From: Alligator mississippiensis
Taxonomy: Eukaryota
Assembly: GCF_030867095.1 (NCBI RefSeq)
Contig: NC_081830.1
Span: 240,717 to 304,716 of the forward strand
Direction of reading: 5' to 3'
Length of the DNA stretch: 64,000 nucleotides
The position numbers were made by a program, and so were the translations under genes. Below are positions 9,789 to 20,644 of the stretch, piece by piece (position 1 is the stretch's first letter; each line of letters begins with the position of its first letter). Below the pieces are notes generated by a model that was not told the origin of the DNA, made no database searches, and saw only the letters and a program-made list of their open reading frames with translations.

Positions 9789-12700
9789 GTAACGGCGCGG
9801 CCCGGCCCCCCCCGCCCGCCGCGCCCCGGGGGGGCCGCCCCGCCCCCCCCGCCGGGAGCCCCGCGCCCCCCCCGGCCGCGCGCCGCGCCGCCCCGCCCCC
9901 CGCGTCACCGCCGCGTCACCGCCCCCCGCGCCCTCGGTAGGGACCAGGGTTAACGCCCCGCGTGTCGTGTCGTGTCGTGTCTCCCGTGCCGCCCGCAGAG
10001 CCACGCGCAGAACCCGCTGCCCGTGGGCGCCGACCTGCAGTCCCGCTTCTTCGCCGCGCCCGGCTGCGCGCAGAGCCCCTTCCAGGTACGTCCTGCGCCC
10101 GGCCCGGCCCGGCCCGGCCCCGGGGCCTCCTGCCCCCCGCCGGCTCGGGGCCGCCCTGGCCTCCCTCCCGGGCCCGCAGGGTCTGGCAGCTCTTGTGCGC
10201 GGCCGACAGGGGCCGCCCCCGCCCCCGCCTGGCGCCCTGCCGCCGCCGGGCCGCCCCTGCGGGCTGGGCCCTCGAGCCCCTGGAAGCGGGGAGCCCCTGC
10301 CGGCCAGGCCCAAGCCAGGCTGCACATTGCCCCCGCCCGCGCGGCCCCACGTGCCCCAAGGCCGCCAGCCCGCGTGGCGGGAGCAGCCGCGTGCCAAGGG
10401 GGTCCCTGAGATGAGATGCCCCCCTCTGTCATGGGGTGACCCCCCAGAACACAGGGGGCGGGGCCTCCAGCAAGGGGCGGGGCCTGACCGTGTCCCCTCC
10501 CCCACAGGCGGCGGCCGCAGCGCCACCCCCGCCCCCACCCTCGGGGCCACCTGAGGGGCTGCAGGTTGACCTGCTGCCGGTGCTGGCGGCCGCCCAGGAG
10601 TCAGCCGCCGCCGCTGCTGCCGTAGCTGCCGCCGCTGCCGCCGCCGCAGCCCAGACCCCCGCCCCGGCCCCCACCGCCGCCTCCACCGTCGACACCGCCG
10701 CCCTCAAGGCCCCGCCCCCAGCCCCACCCGCCCCGGAGCCGCCCGCCCCGCCTGCCACCGCCCCCAGCCAGGCCCCCCCCTCAGCCGCATCCGCGGCGGC
10801 CATCGCCCAGGCGCCGCCCGTGCCAGCCCCCGCCCCGGCCCCATCCGCCGAGGCGCAGAAGAAGTCGAAGAGCAAGGGCCCCTACATCTGCTCGCTCTGC
10901 GCCAAGGAGTTCAAGAACGGCTACAACCTGCGGCGACACGAGGCCATCCACACAGGCGCCAAGGCGGCCCGGCCTGCGCCCGGCGCCATGAAGATGCCCA
11001 CCATGGTGCCACTGAGCTTGCTGAGCGTGTCAGCACTGGGCGGGGAGGCGGGGCCGGCGGCGGGTGCAGGCGGCACAGGCGGGGGCCTGGTGACCACCAC
11101 AGCCTCGGGCAAGCGCATCCGCAAGAACCACGCCTGCGAGATGTGTGGCAAGGCCTTCCGTGACGTCTATCACCTCAACCGGCACAAGCTGTCGCACTCG
11201 GACGAGAAGCCCTACCAGTGCCCCGTCTGCCAGCAGCGCTTCAAGCGCAAGGACCGCATGAGCTACCACGTGCGCTCGCACGACGGGGCCGTGCACAAGC
11301 CCTACATCTGCAGCCACTGCGGCAAGAGCTTCTCCCGGTACGTGGCGCGGGCCAGGCGGGCCGGGGGGCCACGGGCGGTGCCAGGCCCTGACCCTTTTCT
11401 CTGCCCTCCGCCAGGCCAGACCACCTGAACAGCCACGTGCGCCAGGTGCACTCCACAGAGCGGCCGTTCAAGTGTGAGGTAGGCGCCACGGAGCGAGCGG
11501 GGCAGGGGCCTGGGCATGGGGCAGGGGCCTGGCGTCACCTCCCAGGCTCAGGAAGGACCCAGGTCACTGAGACTGCAGCGGGCTGTGGACCCAGACGTCT
11601 TGGGGAGCGGGAGGTCCTGGAGGCTGTTCCTAGGAGGGGAGAGGACCCAGGCATCCGGGAAGGGGCTCCCCGGGGCCTGCAGTGCAGGAGGAAGGATCCA
11701 GGTTTCGGGGCAGGCAGGTGAGGTGAAGCCCAGCACCGCTCTGACCCTGGTCCCCACGCAGACGTGCGAGGCGGCCTTCGCCACCAAGGACCGGCTGCGG
11801 GCCCACACGGTGCGGCACGAGGAGAAGGTGCCGTGTCACGTGTGTGGCAAGATGCTGAGCGCCGCCTACATCACCGACCACATGAAGGTGCACAGCCAGG
11901 GCCCCCACCACGTCTGCGAGCTCTGCAATAAAGGTGCGATGTGGCCCTGCGCCTGTCTGTGCCCTGCGCCTGCCTTGCGATCCGCGCGTCCCAGGCACCT
12001 GAGATGCAGCCGCCGCCGGGGGGGTTCTGGGGCTACCGTGCAGCCATGGCCGGGGCACAACAAGGGCCAGGATGGGCCTAGCTCTGCTCTGTGGTGCCCA
12101 CAGGCAGTGGGCACTGGGGCAGGGAGGGGGGTGCTGGCCGCCGTCCCAGCTCTGAGATGCAGTCGCACGGGGACGTGGGCCGCCGTAGCGCCAAGGCGCC
12201 ATCGGGCAGGTGCAGGGGCCGGCCAGGAGGCGCCGCCAGCCCAGGGAGCTGCCCGCGTGCTGACGGGCGCTTTTGTTCTCGCCGCAGGCTTCACCACGGC
12301 GGCCTACCTGCGGGTGCACGCGGTCAAGGACCACGGACTGGCGGCCCCGCGGCCCGAGCGCTTCCTGTGCAAGCTCTGCGGCGTGCACTGTAAGACCCCT
12401 GCGCAGCTCAACGGGCACCTGCAGACCCACGCCGAGGGCCCGGCCCCTACCCCTGCCCCCACCGAAGCCCCACCCCTGCGCTGAGGCCCCCCCACAGGCA
12501 AGGCGTCTGGGGACCCGGCCGGGTGCAGGCACAGTGCCCGGGGCTGGGGCTGGCTGCGTCTTGGGAACGGGGTGGTGCGGCTGCATCTCAGACCAGGCAC
12601 TGGACCCAGCTGTCCAAGGGATGGAGGGGTGCGCGGCTGCATCTCAGACCTGGTGGTGGACCCAGGTGTCCAAGGGGGGGTGTGGGGGTGGCTGCATCTC

Positions 12701-12895
12701 AAATGTGGCGGGCTGGTGTGGCCAGCGGCTGCTTGTAGGGCCCAGAGCAAACGGGCTCCGTGTGTCTCCACAGGTACCGGTGAGCCCTGCCCGCTGGCAG
12801 CCGCAGCGGCTGCGCCCCCAGTGTCGGCGGTGACGGTGCTGCCCATGGAGGGGGCCCCAGTGGTCAGCCAGGCCCTCCCCACCCAGCCCTGGTGA
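9753..12895 (+). CDS. MAZ: Myc-associated zinc finger protein, full CDS span from ATG to the isoform-1 stop. Seven coding exons including an alternative terminal exon.
   Basis: Near-identity to human MAZ: GPYICSLCAKEFKNGYNLRRHEAIHTGAK, ACEMCGKAFRDVYHLNRHKLSHSDEKPYQCPVCQQRFKRKDRMSYHVRSHDGAVHKPYICSHCGKSFSRPDHLNSHVRQVHSTERPFKCE, CEAAFATKDRLRAHTVRHEEKVPCHVCGKML, and the C-terminus PLPSQPW-like PTQPW. Confidence 0.96.
9999..10085 (+). CDS. MAZ: MAZ exon 2 (SHAQNPLPVGADLQSRFFAAPGCAQSPFQ).
   Basis: Matches human GHAQNPLQVGAELQSRFFASQGCAQSPFQ. Acceptor gcccgcag; donor cag|gtacgt. Confidence 0.9.
10508..11337 (+). CDS. MAZ: MAZ exon 3 (poly-Ala/Pro region plus zinc fingers 1-4).
   Basis: Acceptor cccacag; donor cg|gtacgt, phase 2. 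Confidence 0.93.
11415..11478 (+). CDS. MAZ: MAZ exon 4 (PDHLNSHVRQVHSTERPFKCE).
   Basis: Acceptor ccag|g; donor gag|gtaggc. Confidence 0.9.
11761..11933 (+). CDS. MAZ: MAZ exon 5 (TCEAAFATKDRLRAHTVRHEEKVPCHVCGKMLSAAYITDHMKVHSQGPHHVCELCNK).
   Basis: Acceptor ccccacgcag; donor aaag|gtgcga. Boundaries are ±1 nt. Confidence 0.9.
12288..12484 (+). CDS. MAZ: MAZ alternative terminal coding exon of the isoform-2 (SAF-2) type (GFTTAAYLRVHAVKDHGLAAPRPERFLCKLCGVHCKTPAQLNGHLQTHAEGPAPTPAPTEAPPLR*).
   Basis: Matches the human isoform-2 exon GFTTAAYLRIHAVKDHGLQAPRADRILCKLCSVHCKTPAQLAGHMQTH. Acceptor gccgcag. In-frame stop at 12482-12484. Confidence 0.85.
12774..12895 (+). CDS. MAZ: MAZ terminal exon of isoform 1 (GTGEPCPLAAAAAAPPVSAVTVLPMEGAPVVSQALPTQPW*).
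   Basis: Matches the human GTGEVCPMAAAAAAAA...SQPLPSQPW. Acceptor tctccacag. Stop at 12893-12895. Confidence 0.9.
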
Positions 12896-13326
12896 CCCTG
12901 CAGCACCCCTGCCCCTGGACCAACCCCCTCCCCCGCGGTCAGACACCGATGGACCGGCCTGGACCCGCCGCTGGATGACCGGACCCGTCGCAACCCAGCA
13001 CTGCCCCCCCCGCCCCCCCCATGGTGACCCGCCCGCGGCCCCCTTCATGAACTGGACTGGACACGGCCCGGCTGCAGCGCCCCTGCAGAGTGCACCCCTG
13101 CCCCCAGCCCCGGCCCTCGTGAACCAGCCCGCGCCCCCTGCCCCTCCCCCGCGGCCTGGCCTGGCCTGGCTCGGTCTGGGCTGGACGTTACCGGTTGTGG
13201 GGCTGGGCTGCCTCTGCCGGACCCGGGGTCAGCACCCCCTCGGGTTGGATCCCCCTCGTGTTTGTCCCCCGCATGCCCGTGGCGCGGCCCCTTTTGTATC
13301 GTGTCGGCGGCGCCGCAGCCGCCCTA

Positions 13327-13332
13327 ATAAAC
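13327..13332 (+). terminator. MAZ: MAZ polyadenylation signal AATAAA.
   Basis: The string ccctaataaacagg, about 430 nt 3' of the stop. Confidence 0.7.
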
Positions 13333-13539
13333 AGGATTGGTACAGCCCCGCCGCCTGCTGGGGGGGTCTGCAGGTCCAGCCTGCTGGAGGGGCAACTTGG
13401 GTGGGGCGGGGGTTTGTCCTGCTGCGGGTGGGGTAGCCTTGGGGAAGGGTGGTGGCATCCAACAGGTAATGAAGGAACCCCCCACTTGGAGCAGTGCCCC
13501 TCGCTCCCACTTCCTAAGCCCCCCCACCCGAGTGGGGCT

Positions 13540-13800
13540 CCTCGCTGCTGACCCGCAGCCCCCCCTGCCCCCAGTGGTGCTGCTCTGGGGGAGGGCTGCC
13601 CCCTGCAGCTCCCCACCGTGCCCCTCACTCCCGACCTGCAGCCCCCTTCCCCCCAGCGGTGCCCCCCCCGTGAGCGGTGCGCCCCACTCCCTCCCTGCCT
13701 GCAGCCCGCCCCCCCGTCAGCGGTGCCCCCCACTCCTGACCCGCAGCTCCGCCCCCCACGCGGTGCCCCTCAGTGCCGACCCGCAGCTTCCCCGACGGGG
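13540..13800. repeat. Tandem repeat of about 45 bp (CACTCCYGACCYGCAGCCCCC...CAGCGGTGCCCC), about 5 copies, between MAZ and PRRT2.
   Basis: Repeated strings such as ctgacccgcagcc...cagtggtgc / cccgacctgcagcc...cagcggtgcccc. Confidence 0.7.
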
Positions 13801-14149
13801 GGCGGGGGGTTGCAGCCAGCTCTGGGGAGGAGCCGGCGCTGCGCAGCGCGGGGGCGGGGCCGGGGGGGCTCGGGCTGCTGCAGGAGCCGCGCGTCTCCCC
13901 CCAGCGCCGCGGAGCCGGATAGGTACGGGGGGAGCCTGTTGCTATGGGAACGGGTGCGGGGGGGGGGACTGGGTGTGGCGGGGGGTGGGTCCCGCGTGTG
14001 CGTGTCGGCATCCCCGGACGCCCGGCTTCCCTGCTGGTACCGGCACCGGGGTCTCTCCGCCGGCGGGGCGGGGGCGGGGGCGTGCGGGTCCCTTCCAGAC
14101 ACCCGGGACCCGCGCGCCTGGGCAGTGCGGGGTGGCGGGCTCCCTCCCT

Positions 14150-14620
14150 ACCCGTGTGTGCGTGTGCATGGCTGTGTGTTCGCGGGTGGGCGCGTTCCCC
14201 CCGTGCATGTGTGAGCGCCGGTGCATGGGGCGCTGCATGGTGTGCAGGTGTCTGGGCTCCCTGCATGCGGGGGAGAGCGGGACTGCCCGCTGCTGGTACA
14301 GGTGTCCTGGTGTCTGCGCGTGTGTGCTTGTGTCTCGGCCGCTGGAGTCCAGCGGGGCTCAGGGCGTGTCTGCAGCGTGCGCGGATCGGGACTTGTACAC
14401 GCGTGTGCAACAGGGGTTGGGCCTATCCCTGTACATGGGGGCAGTGGGGCAAGCCCTGTGTGCTCGTGCACCTGGGAGGAGCCCATGTGCTTGCACACGC
14501 ATGTGCATCCCATGTACACCCAGCCGGGGCAGGCTGCAGGTGGCTGCCTCTGTCCCATGCATGCACTGGCCTGGGCGTCTGCTCTGTGCGCACACATGTG
14601 CACTGTGCAAGTGTGCATCC
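14150..14620. repeat. Alternating purine-pyrimidine (TGYGYG / GCATG)-rich low-complexity tract upstream of PRRT2.
   Basis: Many gtgtgcgtgtgc and tgcatg strings. Confidence 0.5.
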
Positions 14621-14720
14621 TTGATTTGTGCATGTCAGCAGCCCCTTGCACAAGCTTGTCACTCTCTCTCATCCCCTCCGGGGGTCACAGTCGGACAGTG
14701 ACCCCACTGTCCCCGCAGCC

Positions 14721-15155
14721 ATGTCAGCCGAGGCAGTGAGGAAGGAGGAGGACGAGGCGCCCCCAGACCCTGCGCCGCCCCCGCAGCCTCCGCCCCCCTC
14801 GCCGGGGGCCCCAGTCACCACGGAGAGCCCGGCAGAGCCGCCCGCCGCCATGCAGAACGGCGTGGGCCCCGTGAGGGCCTGCTCTGCCGAGGCACTGGCA
14901 TCCCCACCCCGGCCCCCTGGTCCCCCCCGCTCCCAGTCAGACCTGGGGGGCGGCTGCGGGGCAGGGGGCAGGGCATCTGCCCCTCCTGCGCCCTCTGAGC
15001 TGGGGCCACCAGCCCAGGAGCCAGAGCCGGAGCCAGAGCCCGAGCCGGAACCAGAGCCGGAGGAGAAGCCACGGGACTTCGTGCTGCTTGCAGCCCTGGC
15101 CTGCTTCTGCCCTGTCTGGCCGGTCAACATCATCGCTTTTGCCTACGCCATCATG
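14721..15155 (+). CDS. PRRT2: PRRT2 main coding exon ([17 protein letters not shown]...(EP)6...FAYAIM).
   Basis: ATG directly follows an acceptor-like ccccgcag, implying an upstream non-coding exon. Donor atg|gtgagc. Confidence 0.85.
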
Positions 15156-15929
15156 GTGAGCCATGAGCCTGCCCTGGCCTCATCTGCATGCAGTGTGCCC
15201 TGCACCCCAAGGCGCCTGAGCAGGAGAGTGGGGGGCATGGGCTGCCCTGGGGTGTGCAGCTTGCGGGGTCAGCTGGGGGTCAGGGGATGGACCCCGGCCC
15301 TGGTCTGAGCCGGGTGGGCACAGTCCCGCAGCTCGCTCCAGCAGGGTGACGTGGACGGGGCGCGGCGACTGGGCCGTGTGGCCAAGCTGCTGAGCCTGGT
15401 GGGGCTGGGCGCCGGGGCCCTCATTATCGCCACCGTCATCGCCATGCACCCCGGTGGTAAGTGCAGCTCCCCATCCCTGGCCCCCAAAACTCTGCCCCTC
15501 GACCTCCCAACCTTGCCCCCTGCCTGTGAGCCAAGTCCCCAGGCTCCGAACCCCCGCCCCTGGGCCTCCTAGCCCTGCCTGTGGGTCCTGAAACCCCACC
15601 CCTGGGCATCTAAATCCTGCCTCCTGCATCCTAGCCCCACCTGCGGGCCCCAAAAGCCCACCCCGTGCCTCCTAGCCCCACTTCTGCCCACAGCCCCCAA
15701 AACCTGAACCCCGCCCCCTGGGCCCTGAAACTCCACCCTTGGGTTTCCAAATCCCACCCCTTTTGCCCTATGGCTCTTAGCCCTGCCCTAAACCCCAATT
15801 CCTGCGGCCTTGGCTCCACCCCCAGACCCCACCCCTCCCTGAACCCCACCCCCCGCAGCTGAAGCGGGAGGTGGGGGGGGGGGGTCGTGCTGACCACTCA
15901 CTGCCACCTTCCCCGCAGTGTTCAAGTGA
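14721..15929 (+). CDS. PRRT2: Proline-rich transmembrane protein 2, CDS span; three coding exons.
   Basis: Pro-rich N-terminus, then a C-terminal CD225/dispanin region [67 protein letters not shown]. This matches human [53 protein letters not shown]. Confidence 0.88.
15324..15456 (+). CDS. PRRT2: PRRT2 exon ([44 protein letters not shown]).
   Basis: Acceptor cacag|tcc; donor g|gtaagt. Confidence 0.8.
15919..15929 (+). CDS. PRRT2: PRRT2 terminal micro-exon (..VFK*).
   Basis: Acceptor ccccgcag|tgttcaagtga. Human ends ..GVYK*. Confidence 0.6.
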
Positions 15930-16623
15930 GGATGACGTCACCGCCGCCCCTGCCCCCTCCCTCCATCTTCTTCCCCACTCGCCATGCCCCAGCCATCCCA
16001 CACCATGTGCCCACCCACCCCAGCCCTGCTGCATGCCCCCTCACACCTGTCCCAGCATCCACTCCTCCACACGCTCCCCCCCAACCCTGCAGGCACTGCC
16101 TTGACACCGGCCCTTGCCGCTGGTGCCAGACGGACGGACCCACAGCCTGGGGACACAGGACACGGGCTGAAGGGCCCCTTCTGCAGTTGGACGGTGGACG
16201 CGGCCCGGAACCGGGCAGGGGCAGCCAGGCCCACAGAGCCCTGCCCTTGCGGGCCTTCCCAGCCGGGGACCCGCCTTTGCACGTGTTTGGCGGCCCCGAG
16301 CCGGGGCTGCATGGCCTGCTGCATGGATCTTCCTTTTTGTAACCATGGGGGCGGGGTGGGTTTATAGCGGGGAGGGGAGGGGAGGGGAGGGGGCTGCATG
16401 GGACCTGGCCACACTTTGGGGGCTGGGTGTTCTGCCAGCTCAGAGGGGGCCATGAGGCAGGGCCAGGCTGGCTGGGGTCTTCTGCTACCCAGAAATGGGG
16501 CATTTCAATGCAAAACTAGGAGGGAGTGGGAAAGGGGGAGGCTGAGGGAGATAAACGTGTGGGGGGGGGGGGGGGCCGCACGACATGGCCGCACCTTTTG
16601 TAGCCAACGCATGAAACGAGCCA

Positions 16624-16629
16624 ATAAAC
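16624..16629 (+). terminator. PRRT2: PRRT2 polyA signal AATAAA.
   Basis: The string gccaataaactcg. Confidence 0.6.
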
Positions 16630-16745
16630 TCGTCTTGCATGAGTGCTGCGTCCGCCCGTCTGTGCGTGGGGCCGGCCCGCTCCCAGCCTGCGTCCCCCCG
16701 CTCCCGCAGGGGCACAAACCAGTCAGAGCCCCGGGGCCCAAGCAT

Positions 16746-16751
16746 GTTTAT
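16746..16751 (-). terminator. CDIPT: CDIPT polyA signal (TTTATT on the plus strand).
   Basis: The string catgtttattagg, about 300 nt 3' of the CDIPT stop. It converges with the PRRT2 3' end about 100 bp away. Confidence 0.55.
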
Positions 16752-17060
16752 TAGGAGCAGGGAGGGCAAGACCCAACCACCCCAGGGCAGTGACAGCCCC
16801 GGGCTGCAAAGGCCCCTGGGACGTGGAATGACTGCCACAAAGGATTGTGGGACGAGCAGACATGGCAGGTGCATGGGGGTGGGGGTGGCTCTAGAATAAA
16901 TATGGCTGCCCATACCCCACCCAGGACCGTGGGGAGAACGAGGACGGAACGAGGTGGCGGGACACTGGACAATGCTGCAGGGCATTGTGAGACACCGGGG
17001 GCCGGAGGCAGGAAGCGGGGGGCAAGCCCTGCCCTGCACAGCCTGGCCCCAGCCCGGGCA

Positions 17061-18185
17061 CTAGTGGGAGCGCGCGCGGCGCTCGGCGCGGTCGATGGCG
17101 GCCAGATCGCGGGAGGCCGAGACGAGGTGAACCACGTTGATGAGCGTCTTCAGCAGCGCCACGGGGGCCGAGAGCCAGAGCGCGGCGCGGAACAGACCCA
17201 GGCGTCCGGGCAGCACTGGGGGGAGAAGTCAGGTCCTGGGATGGTGCCCCCCGCCCCGCACAGCCCCGCCCCGCCCCGCCCCCCACGGCCCCGCCCCGCA
17301 CCTGTGGGCCCCTCGGTGAAGTGCAGCAGGTAGAGCAGGCAGTAGAAGAGCTCGTTGCCGGCGCACATGAGGAAGAGGAAGGGCTGCGGGGGAGGAAGGC
17401 GGTGTCAGTCCCCGGCCGAGCGGTCCCGGGCGCGGGGCGGGGCGGGGGGGGGCGGGGCTCACCCGCGAGGTGTAGTACAGCTGCAGCACCGGGTTCCCCG
17501 TCAGGGCCACGCTCTTGTGGCTGCTGCTGCCCCGCAGCACGGAGCTGGGGAGACAGGGGCCAGTGCTAAAGCGGGGCGCGCGGAGGCCCCGCCCCCGGCC
17601 CGGCCCGCCCCCGGCCCCGCCCACCTGTGCAGGTGCATCCAGTGGCTGGCCACGTCCAGGGCCATGCTGGCCTGCAGCAGCGCGGCGTGCGCCGGGTACA
17701 GCAGCGCCAGGTTCACCAGCAGGCACATGGTGGCGCAGCGGTCGGTCAGCATGTCCAGCAGCGCCCCGAAGCGCGTGCCTAGGGGACCCGGTCAGCCACG
17801 CCCACTGCGCGCGGCCCCGCCCCCGCCCCGCCCCGCGCGGCCCCGCCCCCCGCACCTTGGCCGAGCAGGCGGGCCGCGTGTCCGTCCACCGCGTCCAGGA
17901 GGCCGCTGAGCAGGTAGCAGGCGGCGGCGGGCGCGGGGGCCGTGGGCATCAGGTAGAAGGCGGCGGCGGCCAGGGCCAGGCGGGCGTATCCTACGGGAGC
18001 GCGGGTCGGCGGGCTGCCCCCGTGGTGCCCCGCGCTCCCGGCCGCAGCCCCCCGCCCCCGCCGTGCCCCGCACTCCCGCCCGTCCTCCCCGCCCCGCCCC
18101 GCCCCGCCCGCGTGGTGCCCTGCATTCCCGCCCCGCACGCACCGATGAGGTTGGGCACGAAGAGGAAGATGTTCTCGTCCTCCAT
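17061..18185 (-). CDS. CDIPT: CDP-diacylglycerol-inositol 3-phosphatidyltransferase (PI synthase). Six coding exons: 18143-18185, 17856-17990, 17625-17778, 17463-17544, 17302-17383 and 17061-17215. 216 aa.
   Basis: The protein begins MEDENIFLFVPNLIG|YARLA. It contains YLLSGLLDAVDGHAARLLGQ, GTRFGALLDMLTDRCATMCLLVNLALLYP, LDVASHWMHLH and LTGNPVLQLYYTSR, then CAGNELFYCLLYLLHFTEGP. It ends LKTLINVVHLVSASRDLAAIDRAERRARSH*. All splice sites are GT-AG and the total coding length is 651 nt. Confidence 0.93.
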
Positions 18186-18812
18186 GGCCCCCGCGGCACG
18201 GGCCCCGCCCGCTGCACGAGCTTGGCCGCACCGGACGCGGGAAGTAGGGAAATGGCCGCGGCGCCTTTAAGAGCCCGCGGATTCCGGTCCCGGCTGGGCG
18301 GGACCAAGTGCGGAGCGCGGGGGGAGAGGGAAGGAAGGAAGCTCGGGTTGTACCAAGCGGCACGGGCGCAACCATCGGCGGAGGGGCGGAGCTATTGGCC
18401 TCTTGCTGCGTCGCAGGGCTCACCCATGCTTCCCTCCGCCCTCCCCGCCCATTCCTATAGACACGCGGGGCTCCCGGACTCCCGGCATCAGGTGGCCTCG
18501 CAGCAGCCAATCAGCACGCAGGGCTAGGAGAAAGGCCACTTTCCCACAATCCTTTGTGATTGACATGGACAACCCCCCCCGACTTTTTCCCAGAAGGCCT
18601 CCGGCGGGGCCAGGCACTTTCCCACAGTGCCCTGGGGCGGTCACAGGCCCCTTTCCTAGAAGCCTATGGCAGATGTTACCCAGAATGCCTTGGTGCTGGC
18701 GCACCCCCATCCCACAATGCCTGGCGTGGCTGGCTGCAGTGTTACCCCGAATCCCACGGGCGCAGGTGGCGCACCCGGGCCAGGCCCTGGGGCTCTGAGG
18801 GAGGCGCCATGT

Positions 18813-20260
18813 TTATTGGGCCACAGGCTCGGTGACCTCGGCAGCGTTGGGGTCGCCGGGGTCGTTGTCCAACACGTCGCCGGGGTCGTCCTGGTCACCG
18901 GCCTCTGCTGAGTTGCTGGGCTCGGGGGCAGCGGGGTCGCGAGTGATGTCGCCGGGGTCGTTGCCATGGGCAGCACGGGGGCTGGGGGGCTCCCGCCGGG
19001 TCACCTGACTCAAGAACTTCCCGGTCCCGCCCTGGCGGGAGGGGTAGCGAATCAGGGGCTGGGGGAGGGGCAGATGGGGGAGGGGCGGAGTCAGCACCGC
19101 GCCCTGCCCCACCCTTCCTTTGTAGCCCGCCCAGGCCCCTGGGACTCCGCCCCCTGGTGCCTGGCCCCGCCCTGCCCCGTCCCAGTACCTGGATGGTGCT
19201 GAGGTCCTGCTCGGAGACCAGCGGGGACAGGCCCTCCAGCAGCCCCGAGGCCGAGCGCCGGGGGGAGCGGCGGCGCCGCGTCAGGTAGGGGCCCCCCAGC
19301 CGGTCCTCGCGGCGCAGCGCCTCCACCTGGGGGCGGGGCCAAGAGGTGGAGGGGCGGGGCTGGTCCGCTAGGGGGCAGGGCCTGGGAGGGGGAGGGGCAG
19401 GGTCGCTGGCCAGGGGGTGGGGCTTGGGGCCGGTACCTGGCGGTGGTGGGAAGGGTCACGACCCCGGAGCCCCTCCTCGTCCTCGTCGTCCTCGAGGTCG
19501 TCCTCGTCGTCGTCATCGTCCTGCTCCTAGCGGGGGCGGGAGGGGCGTGGCTGGGACCCCTCCTGCCCCCGGGCCCCCGCCCCCTGCTGGGACCCAGGTG
19601 ACCGGGGCAGGGGCCTCCTGGGGCGTCCAGAGCCAGAGGAGCCCAGGCGTGGGGGCGCGCACAGCGCGGGGGCACGCACCAGGCTGCGGCAGGACATCGC
19701 CAGCCAGGCGGCCCCGGACGCCGGGGTCCCGCAGCAGGGGCAGGTGAGGGTGGAGCTGGGGGCCGCCGCGTCTGGGCACAGCATCACTGCGGGCCGGATG
19801 GGGTCAGAGGTCAGAAGTGCCCCCGGGGTGCCTGGGCTCGAGGGGGGGTCCTGGCCCGTGCTCACCGCTCTCCGCCAAGCGCAGGGCCTCACTGCTGCGG
19901 GGGCCAGGCGGGCGGCGGGCGCGGGGGGCGGCAGCGGGGCCCAGCCCATCGCCCAGGCGTCGGGCCTGGTGGTAGCTGAGCCGTGCCTGCGCCAGCGCCT
20001 CCCCCGCCTGTGAGCGCGACACCTGTGGGAGCGGCGGGTCAGGCGGGCGCGGGGACCGAGGCGCCCAGCACACGGGGCACCCTGGAGTGCGGGCTGGAGG
20101 GACCCCGGCGCCCGCAGCACACCTGGGCGGCCTTGTGGGCGAGGCCGGCGGCGCGCAGGGCTTGGGCGGCGCAGGCCACGGTGCTGCTCACAGCGGCCGC
20201 CAGCTCCTCGGGCCCGAGGGCTGCGGGGACGTCGGGGCCGGGGGGTCCTGCCTGCTCCAT
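18813..20260 (-). CDS. Unassigned 6-exon gene (~292 aa), acidic, with RRRRSP motifs. Exons 20123-20260, 19866-20022, 19680-19786, 19437-19526, 19189-19326 and 18813-19058.
   Basis: Splice-consistent ORF. It begins MEQAGPPGPDVPAALGPEELAAAV, followed by VSRSQAGEALAQARLSYHQARRLG and VMLCPDAAAPSSTLTCPCCGTPASGAAWLAMSCRSL. Next come EQDDDDDEDDLEDDEDEEGLRGRD and VEALRREDRLGGPYLTRRRRSPRRSASGLLEGLSPLVSEQDLSTIQ. The last exon is PLIRYPSRQGGTGKFLSQ...DPGDVLDNDPGDPNAAEVTEPVAQ*. All five introns are GT-AG and phase-compatible. The TAA stop is embedded in the AATAAA signal. The gene lies about 500 bp upstream of the CDIPT start. No family recognised. Confidence 0.5.
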
Positions 20261-20644
20261 GGCTGCGGCACAGAGGGGAGGCGTTGCGGGGGGAGGCGGG
20301 AGCGGCACACGACCCAGGTGTCCCGGGCAGGGGCGACGGGACCTAGGGAATATGGGGACCCCGGGTGTCCGCGGCGCTGTGGGGGGCTATAGGGACCCCG
20401 GGGGCTTGGGGGCGGCTCTAGGTGTCCCGGGGGCGGGAGGGGCCCGATCCTGCCCCCACCCGACTCCCGAGGCTGCGGCTCCTCCCAGGCAGCGCGGGGA
20501 ACAGAGGCGGTTGCCAGGGCGACGCGGCGGCAACGGGGGCGGGGCGGGGCCGAGGCTCCTGAATGACTCACGAGGGGTGACGTCATGGAGGTGCGAGGTT
20601 TCCCTGGTAACGACACAGGGCCCCGTGGGAGCGGGCGGAGCAGG

